Part shown: piece by piece, positions 31,410 through 40,023 of the stretch
Numbering within the stretch: position 1 is the first letter of the stretch
Layout: each line of letters starts with the position of its first letter
Assembly (NCBI GenBank): GCA_017556685.1
Contig: JAFYMH010000018.1
Location: forward strand, 1-40,023
From: Clostridia bacterium
Lineage (GTDB): Bacteria > Bacillota > Clostridia > Oscillospirales > CAG-272
Reading direction: 5' to 3'
Length of the DNA: 40,023 nucleotides
The notes under the pieces: model-generated
What the model saw: only the letters and a program-made list of their open reading frames with translations
Told to the model about the DNA's origin: nothing
The model's database searches: none
Program-made: the position numbers and the translations under genes

Positions 31410-32701
31410 TCGGTCTTCCCCTCCCTGTCTCTAAAGCGGATGAGCGCGGCGCGTGCGTGCGCCGAAAGGCCCTCGCGCTCGGCAAAGTCGGCAACCCGAT
31501 CCTTCACGGCGAGAAGCTGCTCCTCGGGATAATAGAGGTAGGAATGCTTTTTGACGAAATCGTCAACCGAAAGGGGCGAGGAGAAGCGCGCACTGCCGCT
31601 GGTCGGAAGCGTGTGGTTCGGGCCTGCAAGATAGTCGCCGAGCGACTCGGGCGTGTATCTTCCAAGGAAGACCGAGCCCGCATTCTTCACCTTCTCGAGC
31701 GCCTCGAAGGGCTCGGCAAGGCAGAGCTCAAGATGCTCGGGGGCAATGCGGTTGCTGACCTCAAGCGCCAGGTCGATGCTGTCCATGACGATGATCTTTC
31801 CGTTCGCCTCGATCGAGGTGCGCGCGATCTCCTCGCGCGGCAGGCGCGAGAGCTGCTCCTCGAGCTCTCTTGAAACCGCCTCGGCAAGGCTCTCGCTGTC
31901 GGTCACAAGCACCGCCGTTGCGAGCTTATCGTGCTCGGCCTGGGAAAGCAGGTCGGCGGCAACGAAGCGCGGGTCGGCTCCCCCGTCGGCAACGATCAGG
32001 ATCTCGCTCGGTCCTGCGATCATATCAATGCCGACGATGCCGAAGACCATTCTCTTGGCGATGGCAACGAAGATATTTCCGGGGCCGACGATCTTATCGA
32101 CGCGCGGGATGCTCTCGGTTCCGTATGCAAGTGCGCCGATCGCCTGAGCTCCGCCGCACTTGAAGATGCGGTCAACACCCGCAAGATAGGCGGCGGCAAG
32201 GATCTCGTCCCGAACGCTTCCGTCGGCGGCGCAGGGGGTCACCATGACGATCTCGCCAACCCCCGCGATCTTGGCGGGAACGGCGTTCATCAGAACCGTC
32301 GAGGGATAGCTTGCGGTGCCGCCCGGCACGTAGATGCCGACGCGGGCAAGAGGGGTAAAGCGCTGACCGAGCACGATCCCGCCGTCGCGGCGGAGCTCAA
32401 AACCGTTACGCTTTTGCGCTCTGTGGAAATAGGCGATGTTGTCCTTGGCAACCCGAAGGGTCTCAAGGAAGTCGGGGGACACGCGCGAAAGCGCCCCCTC
32501 GATCTCCTCTCGCGTTACCTCAAGAGAGGCAAGACGGCAGCGGTCAAAGCGCTCGGTATATGCAAGCACGGCGGCGTCGCCCTTTTCCCTGACCTCGCCG
32601 AGGATCTCGCGAACCGTATTTTCATACTCGATCGGATAGTCGTTGATCTCTCTTGAAAGAATATCGGCGTCACTGACGGCGCCCCGATAGATCTTGATCA
32701 T
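31406..32701 (-). CDS. hisD: Histidinol dehydrogenase
   Basis: 431 aa with YVPGGTASYPSTVLM, GPGNIFV, SQAEHD and PEHLEL. Confidence 0.95.
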   Translation of the reverse strand: MIKIYRGAVSDADILSREINDYPIEYENTVREILGEVREKGDAAVLAYTERFDRCRLASLEVTREEIEGALSRVSPDFLETLRVAKDNIAYFHRAQKRNGFELRRDGGIVLGQRFTPLARVGIYVPGGTASYPSTVLMNAVPAKIAGVGEIVMVTPCAADGSVRDEILAAAYLAGVDRIFKCGGAQAIGALAYGTESIPRVDKIVGPGNIFVAIAKRMVFGIVGIDMIAGPSEILIVADGGADPRFVAADLLSQAEHDKLATAVLVTDSESLAEAVSRELEEQLSRLPREEIARTSIEANGKIIVMDSIDLALEVSNRIAPEHLELCLAEPFEALEKVKNAGSVFLGRYTPESLGDYLAGPNHTLPTSGSARFSSPLSVDDFVKKHSYLYYPEEQLLAVKDRVADFAEREGLSAHARAALIRFRDREGKTE

Positions 32702-32704
32702 TTC

Positions 32705-33349
32705 TCAGTTTCCTTTCCCGACCGAGCAGCGCTCGATCGCTGCCTTGAGCTTTCCGGCAAGCTCGGCGATCTCATTTCCCAAAAACTGTCTGGAGGCGGG
32801 GTTTGCGATCAGTCTTGCGCTGATCGGCAAAATCTCCTCGCAGACGTGCAGATGATTTTCACGAAGGGTGGTTCCGGTCTCGACGATATCGACGATGACG
32901 TCGGATAGCCCGAGCAGAGGCGCGAGCTCGATCGAGCCGTACAGCTTGATGATCTCGATCTCGCGGTTCTTTTTCGCGTAATGGCGCTTGGCGATCTCAA
33001 CGAACTTGGTCGCCACGCGAAGCGGACGGGTCAGATCGTCCCGAAAGCCCTCTCTTGCGGCAACCGCCATACGGCAACGCCCGATGCCGAGATCAAGCAG
33101 CTCGTGCACCACGGGGCTGTACTCCAAAAGGATGTCGCGTCCCGCAACGCCAACGTCTGCCGCTCCGTTCTCGACGTAGATCGGAACGTCGGAGGGCTTG
33201 ACGAGGAAATAGCGCACGCCGTTCTCTTCATTTTCAAACACGAGCTTGCGGCTGTCGCCGAGAAGCTCGGGGCATCCGTATCCAACCGACTCAAGCAGGC
33301 GGTACACCTTATCTCCGAGTCTGCCCTTCGGTAATGCAACGCTCAGCAT
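32705..33349 (-). CDS. hisG: ATP phosphoribosyltransferase, short form (HisZ-dependent)
   Basis: MLSVALPKGRL...DVPIYVENGAADVGVAGRD...IVDIVETGTTLREN. 214 aa. The ATG at 33349 overlaps the hisZ end by 7 nt. Confidence 0.92.
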   Translation of the reverse strand: MLSVALPKGRLGDKVYRLLESVGYGCPELLGDSRKLVFENEENGVRYFLVKPSDVPIYVENGAADVGVAGRDILLEYSPVVHELLDLGIGRCRMAVAAREGFRDDLTRPLRVATKFVEIAKRHYAKKNREIEIIKLYGSIELAPLLGLSDVIVDIVETGTTLRENHLHVCEEILPISARLIANPASRQFLGNEIAELAGKLKAAIERCSVGKGN

Positions 33350-34452
33350 AAGCCATCCTCCCCCATTCGCTTGATCTCCCGAGCGCGAAAGCCCTCGGGT
33401 ATGCTTTTCGCAAGATAGACCGAACCCGACGCGCGAAGCGCGGCGGCGGCGCGGCAAACGGCGCTCGGCGCGTCGTTTTCACCGTACAGAAGCAGATAAT
33501 CGGCATCAAACTCGGCATCTCCCCCAAGGAAATAGCTGAGCTCGTTCAGATAGACGGCAAAGCCGAGAGCCGAGATGCTCTTTCCGAGCTTTGCGGCAAG
33601 GCGGTCGTACCGTCCCCCGCTCAGAACCGCCCTCGGAACGCCGTCGATATAGCCCGAGAAAACGATCCCGTTATAGTAATCGCTGTCGCTGACGACCGAG
33701 AAATCGAGTCTGACGCGATCCCGATACCCGAGCTCGGCAAGGGCGGAAAGCAGACTCTCAAGCTCCTCTGCCGTCTCTCTGATCTCCTCGCTCGTTGAAA
33801 GGGCGCGAACCGCCTCAAGGCGCTCGGCATCCCCTGCGTCAAAGTCAAGCAGAGCTTTAAGCGCGTCGGCTCGCCCTCCGTCAACGCCAAGCTCCGACAA
33901 AAGCGCGCGCAGCTCGTGCGCCCCCGCCGTCTTAAAGCAGGCGTACAGGCTCGAGCTTGCCGCGGCGCCGAGCCCGAGCGAGCGGAAAATGGCGTCGAGC
34001 AGACCCATATGCGAGATGGCAAGCACCGAGCCCTCGGAAATGAGCGAAAGGCTCTCAAGCGCAAGCGAAAGGACCTCAAGCGTTCCGACGGCGTCGACAC
34101 CGCCGAGCATCTCAAGACCGACCTGCTCGATCTCGCGGTACTCCTTGGTCTTCTTGTCGAGTCGGTAAACGCTCTCGGCGTAAAAGAGCTTCTCCCCCTC
34201 GGTCTCGCTCGCCCCCGTGTTCTTCACGATCGAAAGCGTTACGTCGGGCTTGAGAGCAAGCAGACGTCCGTCAAGGCCGTTGAAGGCAAGCACGTGCTCG
34301 CTGACAAGGAAGTTCTTGTTTTCAAGATAAAGCGAATACTCCTCAAACTTCCGCATACGGAATTTGCGGTAGCCCGCGCCTCGGTAGAGCGCGCAGAGAT
34401 CGCTCGATAGCTCCGCCAGATCGTAACGGAGCGATGGGGTGTCAAGCTTCAT
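33343..34452 (-). CDS. hisZ: ATP phosphoribosyltransferase regulatory subunit (HisRS paralog)
   Basis: Class II aaRS-like sequence RKFEEYSLY...LALKPDVTLSI...YRLDKK...GGRYD. It is adjacent to a short hisG. ATG at 34452 after GAAAGGA. The track ORF carries a spurious 89-aa extension. Confidence 0.85.
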   Translation of the reverse strand: MKLDTPSLRYDLAELSSDLCALYRGAGYRKFRMRKFEEYSLYLENKNFLVSEHVLAFNGLDGRLLALKPDVTLSIVKNTGASETEGEKLFYAESVYRLDKKTKEYREIEQVGLEMLGGVDAVGTLEVLSLALESLSLISEGSVLAISHMGLLDAIFRSLGLGAAASSSLYACFKTAGAHELRALLSELGVDGGRADALKALLDFDAGDAERLEAVRALSTSEEIRETAEELESLLSALAELGYRDRVRLDFSVVSDSDYYNGIVFSGYIDGVPRAVLSGGRYDRLAAKLGKSISALGFAVYLNELSYFLGGDAEFDADYLLLYGENDAPSAVCRAAAALRASGSVYLAKSIPEGFRAREIKRMGEDGLC

Positions 34453-34474
34453 GTTCGGGGTCCTTTCCACTCGG

Positions 34475-34777
34475 TTATTGCTGTTTGATGAAATTGCGAA
34501 GCAGGGTCGCATAGCCTCCGCTTCCGCGCTGGATACAGCGCGAGATCCTCGACAGAGTCGTTGAGGAGATCTCGGTTCTCGAGATGATCTCCTGATAGGT
34601 GTCTCCTCGCAGAAGATACTCGGCGCATTCGGTTCTCGTTGCCATCTGCTCGAGCTCGCGGAAGGTACAAACGTCCTCAAGAAAGGCGGCGACCTCCTCG
34701 GGCGTTTCAAGCTCGGCAAGGAGTCGGTAGACCTTCTGAAGCCGATCGTCCGTGCTCGGTCTTACTTGATGCTGCAT
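34475..34777 (-). CDS. yerC: TrpR-like YerC/YecD-family DNA-binding protein, first gene of the his operon (HisR-type regulator candidate)
   Basis: FLEDVCTFRELEQMATRTECAEYLLRGDTYQEIISRTEISSTTLSRISRCIQRGSGGY matches the YerC/YecD TrpR-related family. Confidence 0.8.
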   Translation of the reverse strand: MQHQVRPSTDDRLQKVYRLLAELETPEEVAAFLEDVCTFRELEQMATRTECAEYLLRGDTYQEIISRTEISSTTLSRISRCIQRGSGGYATLLRNFIKQQ

Positions 34778-34812
34778 ACTTGATTCCTCCGGTATTCGTT
34801 TCTTACCGCTAC

Positions 34813-34853
34813 ATTATACACGATTGCTTTATCAATGTAAAGTGGTAAAGCAA
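34813..34853 (-). promoter_or_regulatory. his operon promoter with an overlapping palindromic operator candidate
   Basis: On the minus strand: TTTACA (34841-34836), 17-nt spacer, TATAAT (34818-34813). The inverted repeat TTGCTTTA-N14-TAAAGCAA (34824-34853) covers the -35 box. Confidence 0.6.
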
Positions 34854-34895
34854 ATATTTTTTCAATTTTTTTCAAAAAACCGACCGAAAACGCAC

Positions 34896-34924
34896 TTGAC
34901 GGCGCCATTTCCCTGCGATATAAT
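34896..34924 (+). promoter_or_regulatory. Promoter for the DUF445 gene
   Basis: TTGACG (34896-34901), 17-nt spacer, TATAAT (34919-34924). Confidence 0.65.
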
Positions 34925-34951
34925 GAAAAAAACACATTAAAGGAGACAGAA

Positions 34952-35833
34952 ATGATCTCTCTTTCCTTTCTCGTCAGCCCCGCCGTCGGTGCCGCGATCG
35001 GCTATCTGACCAATGCGCTTGCCGTTAAAATGCTCTTCCGCCCGTACTCGGAAAAAAGGATCGGGCGGCTTCGTCTTCCCTTTACCCCCGGCGTGATCCC
35101 GCGCCGCCGCAAGGCGCTTGCAAGGGCGCTCGGGGATGCCGTCGGACGGCAGCTCGTCACGCAAAGCGATCTGAGGGAGGCGATCCTTTCGGACACAGCC
35201 CTTGACGCTCTGACCGATCTTGTCCTTGCGTCGATCTCGGGTCGGGACGGGCTCGAAAAACAGCTCGGGGCGTTGCTTGGAGAAAAGGAGCTCGGCGCCG
35301 CGAAGGAGCGCCTTGACGGGGCTCTTACCTCGGCAATCGTCTCTGCGCTATCCTCCGCCGATCTCGGCGGGATCCTTCTTAGGGAAGGCGCAGCAGCCGT
35401 TCGAAGGGCAAACCCGATGCTCGGGATGTTCCTTGGCGACGCCATGATCGAGCAGTTATCCCCCACTGTCAACGCCTCGCTTGACCGCTATCTCTCCGAG
35501 CGCGGAGAGAAGGAGCTTCTTCCGAGCGTTTCCGAGCAGAGCGAGCGCTGGCTTTCAGAGAGCCCCGCCGAGCTTCTTTCGGGACTCGGGCTTGACGAAA
35601 AGGCGCAAAGGGCGCTGATCGGAGGTGCCGTAAGGAGGCTTCTTTGCTCCTGCCTGCCGACGCTGCTTGAGGGGATCGATCTCGCCTCCATCGTCGAGCG
35701 CAAGATCGAGGCAATGGAGATCCGCGAGCTTGAATCGCTCGTTCTCTCGGTCATGCGCCGCGAGCTTCGGGCTGTCGTGAATCTCGGCGCCGTGATCGGC
35801 TTCATCCTCGGTCTTCTGGGCGCCTTCCTCTGA
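34952..35833 (+). CDS. DUF445-family membrane-associated protein
   Basis: N-terminus GAAIGYLTNALAVKMLFRPY...LPFTPGVIPRRR and C-terminus AVVNLGAVIGFILGL. RBS AAAGGAGA. Confidence 0.75.
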   Translation: MISLSFLVSPAVGAAIGYLTNALAVKMLFRPYSEKRIGRLRLPFTPGVIPRRRKALARALGDAVGRQLVTQSDLREAILSDTALDALTDLVLASISGRDGLEKQLGALLGEKELGAAKERLDGALTSAIVSALSSADLGGILLREGAAAVRRANPMLGMFLGDAMIEQLSPTVNASLDRYLSERGEKELLPSVSEQSERWLSESPAELLSGLGLDEKAQRALIGGAVRRLLCSCLPTLLEGIDLASIVERKIEAMEIRELESLVLSVMRRELRAVVNLGAVIGFILGLLGAFL

Positions 35834-35863
35834 TCGAAAGCCTTCCTATTATAACATAAAACG

Positions 35864-35905
35864 AACCGCCGTGCAATGCCTTTTTCGCATTGCACGGCGG
35901 TTTTT
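35864..35905. terminator. Bidirectional terminator between the DUF445 gene and spoIIE
   Basis: AACCGCCGTGCAATGC pairs with GCATTGCACGGCGGTT. It is flanked by an A-run upstream and a T-run downstream. Confidence 0.8.
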
Positions 35906-35923
35906 CGCTTTATTTTTGTCTTC

Positions 35924-38449
35924 TTATACGATCGGCTCTGCCGCAAGCTCCCGCGGCGCGCGGGGTGCCTCCTTGGGCTCCTCCGTCTCCCCGCCGTCAA
36001 AAGGGACAAGCCGAGGCTCCTCGGCAAGGGGAAGCTCCGAGACGCGGATGAGCGCTACCGACATATCGTCCCGTCTGTCGTGGGTTCCAGCCGCCACGCC
36101 AACGATCCGCTCGGCAACCCCTAAAAGGTCCCCTGCCATATCGCTTGACAGGATCTCCATCAGCCACGGCGCGTCCTCGTCGCTCTGGCAGATTCCGTCC
36201 GAGAGCATCACGATCACGTCCCCTGCCTCCACGTCAAAGCGAACCCTCTCGGCATCGAGCGATTCGGTCAGACCGATCGGAATGGTCTTTGAGCGGATGC
36301 GGAACAGATTGTCGCCGCGCTTGACGTAGGAGGGGGCGGCTCCGCTCTTGATAAAGCCCGCGTGACCGCTCAGCAGATCAAGCTCGAGAAGATCGACCGT
36401 TGCACTGCTCTCCTCTCCACCCATTCGAATGAGGTTATTAAGAAGCTTCAGGGTCGTCGTCTTGGCGTTTCCCGCCCCGAGCATCCTTTCAAGAAAGGCA
36501 GAGCAAACGCCCGAGGTGAGAGCGGCACGCGAGCCATGCCCCATCCCATCCGAGAGAAGCGCGTAAAAATAATCCCGATCGTTTTCAAAGAAGGTCACGG
36601 TGTCGCCCGAAACGCCGCTTGCATCGGCGGCGCGATAGGCGCGACAGCCCTCGGCTGCAAAGCGGCGCGTGCTTTTCATCTCAAGCGTGACCGCTCCCCC
36701 CGCAACCTCAAAGGAGGGGGGCGAAAGACGGGTGCCGCAAAGCTCGGAAAATTCGCGCCGAAGCTCCTCGGAAAGCGCCGCCGCTCCCTGCCAATTTCCT
36801 CCGCTCACAACGATCCATCTGCGACGGTCGCCGTACGCGGCGGCGGCGCCGGCAACGCCGTGCTTCTCAAGGACCTCCCGAAGGGCGGCGCTGAGCTTGG
36901 GGTCCTCGCTGTTTTCCGCCTTGACCGAGCCGACCGCCTCGCAAAGCAGGCGGGAGATCAGCTCGTAATCTCGGGAAAGCGCATCGGCCGCGCTTGCCGT
37001 GCCGTTAGCATGAAGGAGCCTTGCACACTCCTCTTTACAATCCTTGAAGATCTCCTCTGCTCCCGTGCAAAGCGAGCGAAGGCTCTCGGGAAGCTCGGCA
37101 GAAAGGGCGCCGTCCTCCCCCGAAAGCGCCTCGGTAACGGCGCGGGCGGCATCCTGCCCCGTGCACTCCCCCCGATCCGCGCAGAGGTCGCAATGCCGAG
37201 CGCGAGCGCGCTCGCAGGCAAGGCGAAGCTCCCTTTCGTCGGGGATGGCAGAGCTGCTCACCTCCCGAAGCACCTCGGCAAGAGAGGCAAAGGTCTCTGC
37301 CATCTCGCTCATTGCCTGCGCCGTATCCCGACGATGATGCTCGACCGAGCGGTTCACCGCCTCTAAAGCGGCTTCAGTCGCCCTTCTGCTCTCCGCCATG
37401 CTATCCCCCGAGCCGATACGGCAGAGTATAGGCCAAAGAAGAAGCGAAACGATGAGAAGTTCGGGGGTGACTGTTAAAAATCCTGTAAGTCCCCCAATGT
37501 AAGAGCCCCAAACGGAACCTGCCGCAATCCCGAGTGCAAGCGCGTAAAACAGGCCGAGCTCAAAGAGAAGCCCCGCGGCAAGCCCAAGGAGCGCAAAGGA
37601 CGGCGCATATACCGCAGACGCCCCAAGCGAGATGAGAAGTCCCGCGACCGCTCCGTGGAGCGCGCCGAGCCGCTTTGCAACGAACAGGGTCACCGCCGCC
37701 GAAAGGAGATACGGAAGCATCAGACCGAAAAAGGTCGCGCCGCGAAGCGAAAGCACGAGGAAAAAGCCGAGGGCAAGCGCCCCAAGCTGCATATGAAGGA
37801 GCTCTCCGCGATCGCGCTCGGGTGTCGGCTCGGCAGGGTCCCGACGTCCGAGCAGCTCGCCAAGCGTCAGACTCGCGTCAAGAACTCCCGTAAGCAGAAT
37901 CGTCCCCGCCGCGCAGGAGATGACCATCGTTACCGAAAAGAGAAGAGTGGCGGTAGTCGCTCCCGTGATAAAGAGCTGATAGAGCGCCGCCGTAAAGCCG
38001 ACGATCGTTGCGATCGCGGCGCGAAGCTGGGGAAATTCCATAAAAACCCCCGCCGAATCGGGGAGAATGCGCCGACCGAAGCCCGGCAGGCTTGCGAATA
38101 TGCGCATGGCGGCGGTCAGCATCAAAAGCCCCGCGTATATGTACCCGACGCTTCCCATCCCTGCCGCCGCGAGCACGCCGCCAAGGAGTCCCGCGACCGC
38201 CGACCAAGAGCGAAGCGACGCAAGGCAGGCGATCCCAAGGGGATACGCACCGAAGAGCAGAGGCGTACGCGCTAAGAGAAATACGGCCACTGCCGCGAAA
38301 ATATCCGAGGCGAGCACGAAGCCCGGATGCGCCGGGTTGCGCTTTGAAAAGAACGCCGAGATCCCACTCGGCCTCTTGCTTGTGTGAACGTCCATTGCTT
38401 GTCCCATCCTTTTTCTTGATTTTGCAAACATTTTACCACCGAGAGGCAT
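35924..38449 (-). CDS. spoIIE: Stage II sporulation protein E (membrane PP2C phosphatase)
   Basis: The N-terminal half has about 10 transmembrane segments. The C-terminal PP2C domain has SGDTVTFF...LSDGMGHGSRAA...ATVDLLELDL...MLSDGI. The start is uncertain, with in-frame ATGs between 38395 and 38449. Confidence 0.88.
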   Translation of the reverse strand: MPLGGKMFAKSRKRMGQAMDVHTSKRPSGISAFFSKRNPAHPGFVLASDIFAAVAVFLLARTPLLFGAYPLGIACLASLRSWSAVAGLLGGVLAAAGMGSVGYIYAGLLMLTAAMRIFASLPGFGRRILPDSAGVFMEFPQLRAAIATIVGFTAALYQLFITGATTATLLFSVTMVISCAAGTILLTGVLDASLTLGELLGRRDPAEPTPERDRGELLHMQLGALALGFFLVLSLRGATFFGLMLPYLLSAAVTLFVAKRLGALHGAVAGLLISLGASAVYAPSFALLGLAAGLLFELGLFYALALGIAAGSVWGSYIGGLTGFLTVTPELLIVSLLLWPILCRIGSGDSMAESRRATEAALEAVNRSVEHHRRDTAQAMSEMAETFASLAEVLREVSSSAIPDERELRLACERARARHCDLCADRGECTGQDAARAVTEALSGEDGALSAELPESLRSLCTGAEEIFKDCKEECARLLHANGTASAADALSRDYELISRLLCEAVGSVKAENSEDPKLSAALREVLEKHGVAGAAAAYGDRRRWIVVSGGNWQGAAALSEELRREFSELCGTRLSPPSFEVAGGAVTLEMKSTRRFAAEGCRAYRAADASGVSGDTVTFFENDRDYFYALLSDGMGHGSRAALTSGVCSAFLERMLGAGNAKTTTLKLLNNLIRMGGEESSATVDLLELDLLSGHAGFIKSGAAPSYVKRGDNLFRIRSKTIPIGLTESLDAERVRFDVEAGDVIVMLSDGICQSDEDAPWLMEILSSDMAGDLLGVAERIVGVAAGTHDRRDDMSVALIRVSELPLAEEPRLVPFDGGETEEPKEAPRAPRELAAEPIV

Positions 38450-38512
38450 GGGAATTTGTCAGAACGGGGTGGCGAAGAATGGGAATTTTTCTCACCTGAG
38501 CGCGAAAAAAAA

Positions 38513-38567
38513 GAAGGGGGCGCGCCGTCAGAGAATTTTCCTGACGAAACGCGCCCCAAACCGACGG
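38513..38567 (-). terminator. Rho-independent terminator after the UPF0210 gene
   Basis: On the minus strand: GGGGCGCGTTTCGTCAG pairs with CTGACGGCGCGCCCC, followed by CTTCTTTTTTTT. Confidence 0.75.
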
Positions 38568-38593
38568 ATCGGGTTGGTTTTTGCGATGGAAAC

Positions 38594-39952
38594 TCAGTTG
38601 CGAAGCGAGTGGATCGGCGCGGGAATACGTCCGCCGCGGCCAATGAAGCGCTCGCAGGAGAAGCCCGAGAGAGGCATGATCGGCGCATGGCCGAGAAGAC
38701 CTCCGAACTCGACCGTCTCGCCGACGCCCTTTCCGTACACCGGAACGAGGCGAACCGCGGTCGTTTTGTTGTTGACGACGCCGATCGAGATCTCGTCTGC
38801 GATCACGCCGCTGACGGTTGCCGCCGAGACGTCTCCGGGAACGGCGATCATATCAAGGCCGACCGAGCAAACGGCGGTCATTGCCTCGAGCTTTTCGATC
38901 GAGAGTGCGCCGACCTCGACCGCCTCGATCATGCCCGCATCCTCCGAAACGGGGATGAAGGCGCCCGAAAGTCCTCCGACGTGCGAGGACGCCATCACGC
39001 CGCCCTTCTTTACGGCGTCGTTGAGAAGCGCAAGCGCGGCGGTCGTGCCGTGCGTTCCGCACCTTTCAAGACCCATATTCTCAAGGATCCTTGCAACCGA
39101 ATCGCCCTGCGCAGGCGTGGGAGCAAGCGAAAGATCGACGATCCCATAGGGCGCACCGAGCCGCCTCGACGCCTCGTATGCGATCAGCTGACCGACGCGC
39201 GTGATCTTGAAGGCAACCTTCTTGACGATATCGGCAAGCTCGCTGAAATCGACCTCGCCCGCGCGCTTAATGGCGGAGGCAACGACGCCGGGGCCCGAAA
39301 CGCCGACGTTGATCACGGTATCCGGCTCGCCGATGCCGTGCACGGCACCTGCCATAAAGGGGTTATCCTCCGGCATGTTGGCAAAGACCACGAGCTTTGC
39401 ACAGCCGATCGAGTCCTTTTCTCTGGTAAGGTAGGCGGTCTTCATGACCGTTTCACCCATCAGGCGTACGGCGTCCATGTTGATGCCCGCCTTGGTGGTT
39501 GCCACGTTGACCGAGGAGCAAACGCGGGTCGTTTTTGCAAGCGCCTCGGGAATGGCGGCGATGAGATTTTTCGCGCCCGGCATCATTCCCTTCTGCACGT
39601 GCGCGCCAAAGCCGCCGATGAAGTTGATCCCAAGCTCGACGGCAGCCCTTTCAAGAACCTCGGCAAGGCGCACGTAGCTCTCGGGGGAAAGTCCGCCCCC
39701 GACGTAGGAAATCGGCGTTACCGAAACGCGGCGGTTAATGATCGGGATCCCATAGGTGCGCTCAAGCTCGGAGCAGACCGAAACGAGGTTCTTTGCCGAG
39801 CGCGTGATCTTATCGTAGATCTTCTCCTCAAGTCTTTTCGGATCGTCCGAGATGCAGTCGAAAAGAGAGATCCCCATCGTAACGGTTCGCATATCGAGAT
39901 TCTCCTCGCGGATCATCTGTATGGTTTCAAGAATATCTGCGGTGTTGAGCAT
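38594..39952 (-). CDS. UPF0210 / PFL-like family protein (DUF711)
   Basis: The [31 protein letters not shown]-terminus is typical of UPF0210. 452 aa. ATG at 39952 after GGAAGGA. Confidence 0.85.
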   Translation of the reverse strand: MLNTADILETIQMIREENLDMRTVTMGISLFDCISDDPKRLEEKIYDKITRSAKNLVSVCSELERTYGIPIINRRVSVTPISYVGGGLSPESYVRLAEVLERAAVELGINFIGGFGAHVQKGMMPGAKNLIAAIPEALAKTTRVCSSVNVATTKAGINMDAVRLMGETVMKTAYLTREKDSIGCAKLVVFANMPEDNPFMAGAVHGIGEPDTVINVGVSGPGVVASAIKRAGEVDFSELADIVKKVAFKITRVGQLIAYEASRRLGAPYGIVDLSLAPTPAQGDSVARILENMGLERCGTHGTTAALALLNDAVKKGGVMASSHVGGLSGAFIPVSEDAGMIEAVEVGALSIEKLEAMTAVCSVGLDMIAVPGDVSAATVSGVIADEISIGVVNNKTTAVRLVPVYGKGVGETVEFGGLLGHAPIMPLSGFSCERFIGRGGRIPAPIHSLRN

Positions 39953-39972
39953 GCTGTTTTCCTTCCGTGACG

Positions 39973-40023
39973 TCAAACGTGATGCATAGTATTGAAAATG
40001 TCCTCGTGCATGGCGCGGATCTC
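39973..40023 (-). CDS. C-terminal end of an ACT-domain protein (UPF0237 type), truncated by the window edge
   Basis: The reading frame gives ...[16 protein letters not shown]. This is the usual upstream partner of UPF0210 genes. Confidence 0.6.
   Translation of the reverse strand, partial: EIRAMHEDIFNTMHHV

Noticed and set aside
16465-34719. N-terminal extensions in the ORF track for aroQ, tyrA, comM, hisK, hisH, hisG and hisZ.
   Set aside because: In each case an internal ATG preceded by an SD gives the canonical family N-terminus and a typical ATGA or short overlap with the upstream gene. The extensions are Arg/Pro-rich read-through of the neighbouring gene in another frame.

Overview
This window is a high-GC, Firmicutes-style chromosomal segment. 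SpoIIE, SD-type ribosome-binding sites and near-consensus sigma-A promoters suggest a spore-forming Clostridia member; that is an inference. It is mostly core metabolism. All protein family calls come from reading motifs in the supplied translations; no database search was run.

Layout:
- 7-2123: tRNA-Gly(GCC), a hairpin-rich non-coding stretch, an SGNH lipoprotein gene and tRNA-Cys(GCA).
- 2312-3443 (-): a small three-gene operon of unknown function.
- 3657-6675 (+): kdgK-like kinase and an AlkP/NPP-family lipoprotein.
- 6694-8719: a two-gene cassette (choloylglycine-hydrolase family gene plus a helical protein gene) bracketed by about 230-bp inverted repeats.
- 8718-12174 (-): DtxR-family regulator, ZIP transporter, DUF1538 membrane protein and two PII-like proteins.
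- 12533-15933 (+): feoA, feoB, a Cys-rich peptide and an MgtC-family gene.
- 16030-24132 (-): an eight-gene aromatic amino-acid supraoperon: DAHP synthase, tyrA, aroB, aroA, aroC, pheA, an aroE-aroK fusion and aroQ.
- 24535-26079 (+): comM/yifB.
- 26170-34777 (-): a complete histidine operon headed by a YerC/TrpR-like gene.
- 34952-40023: a DUF445 gene, spoIIE, UPF0210 and the 3-prime end of an ACT-domain gene.

Most interesting observations:
1. An unannotated 29-codon leader ORF sits upstream of the aro operon. It contains FYYSFGFAYYF and is followed by an intrinsic terminator, which is the layout of a classical ribosome-mediated attenuator and is unusual for Firmicutes.
2. About 230-bp mosaic inverted repeats flank the hydrolase cassette. 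They share a 50-nt identical core and a hairpin with a compensatory change.
3. An array of sequence-diverse hairpins is joined by conserved 8-nt linkers in mirror arrangement next to tRNA-Gly, together with tRNA-Gly end fragments.
4. A translationally coupled operon (HTH regulator plus two unknown proteins) has a perfect consensus promoter.
5. A DUF1538 gene plus two PII-like genes may be co-transcribed with the metal regulator and ZIP genes.

Many long ORFs in the supplied track are antisense shadow ORFs typical of high-GC DNA and were rejected.
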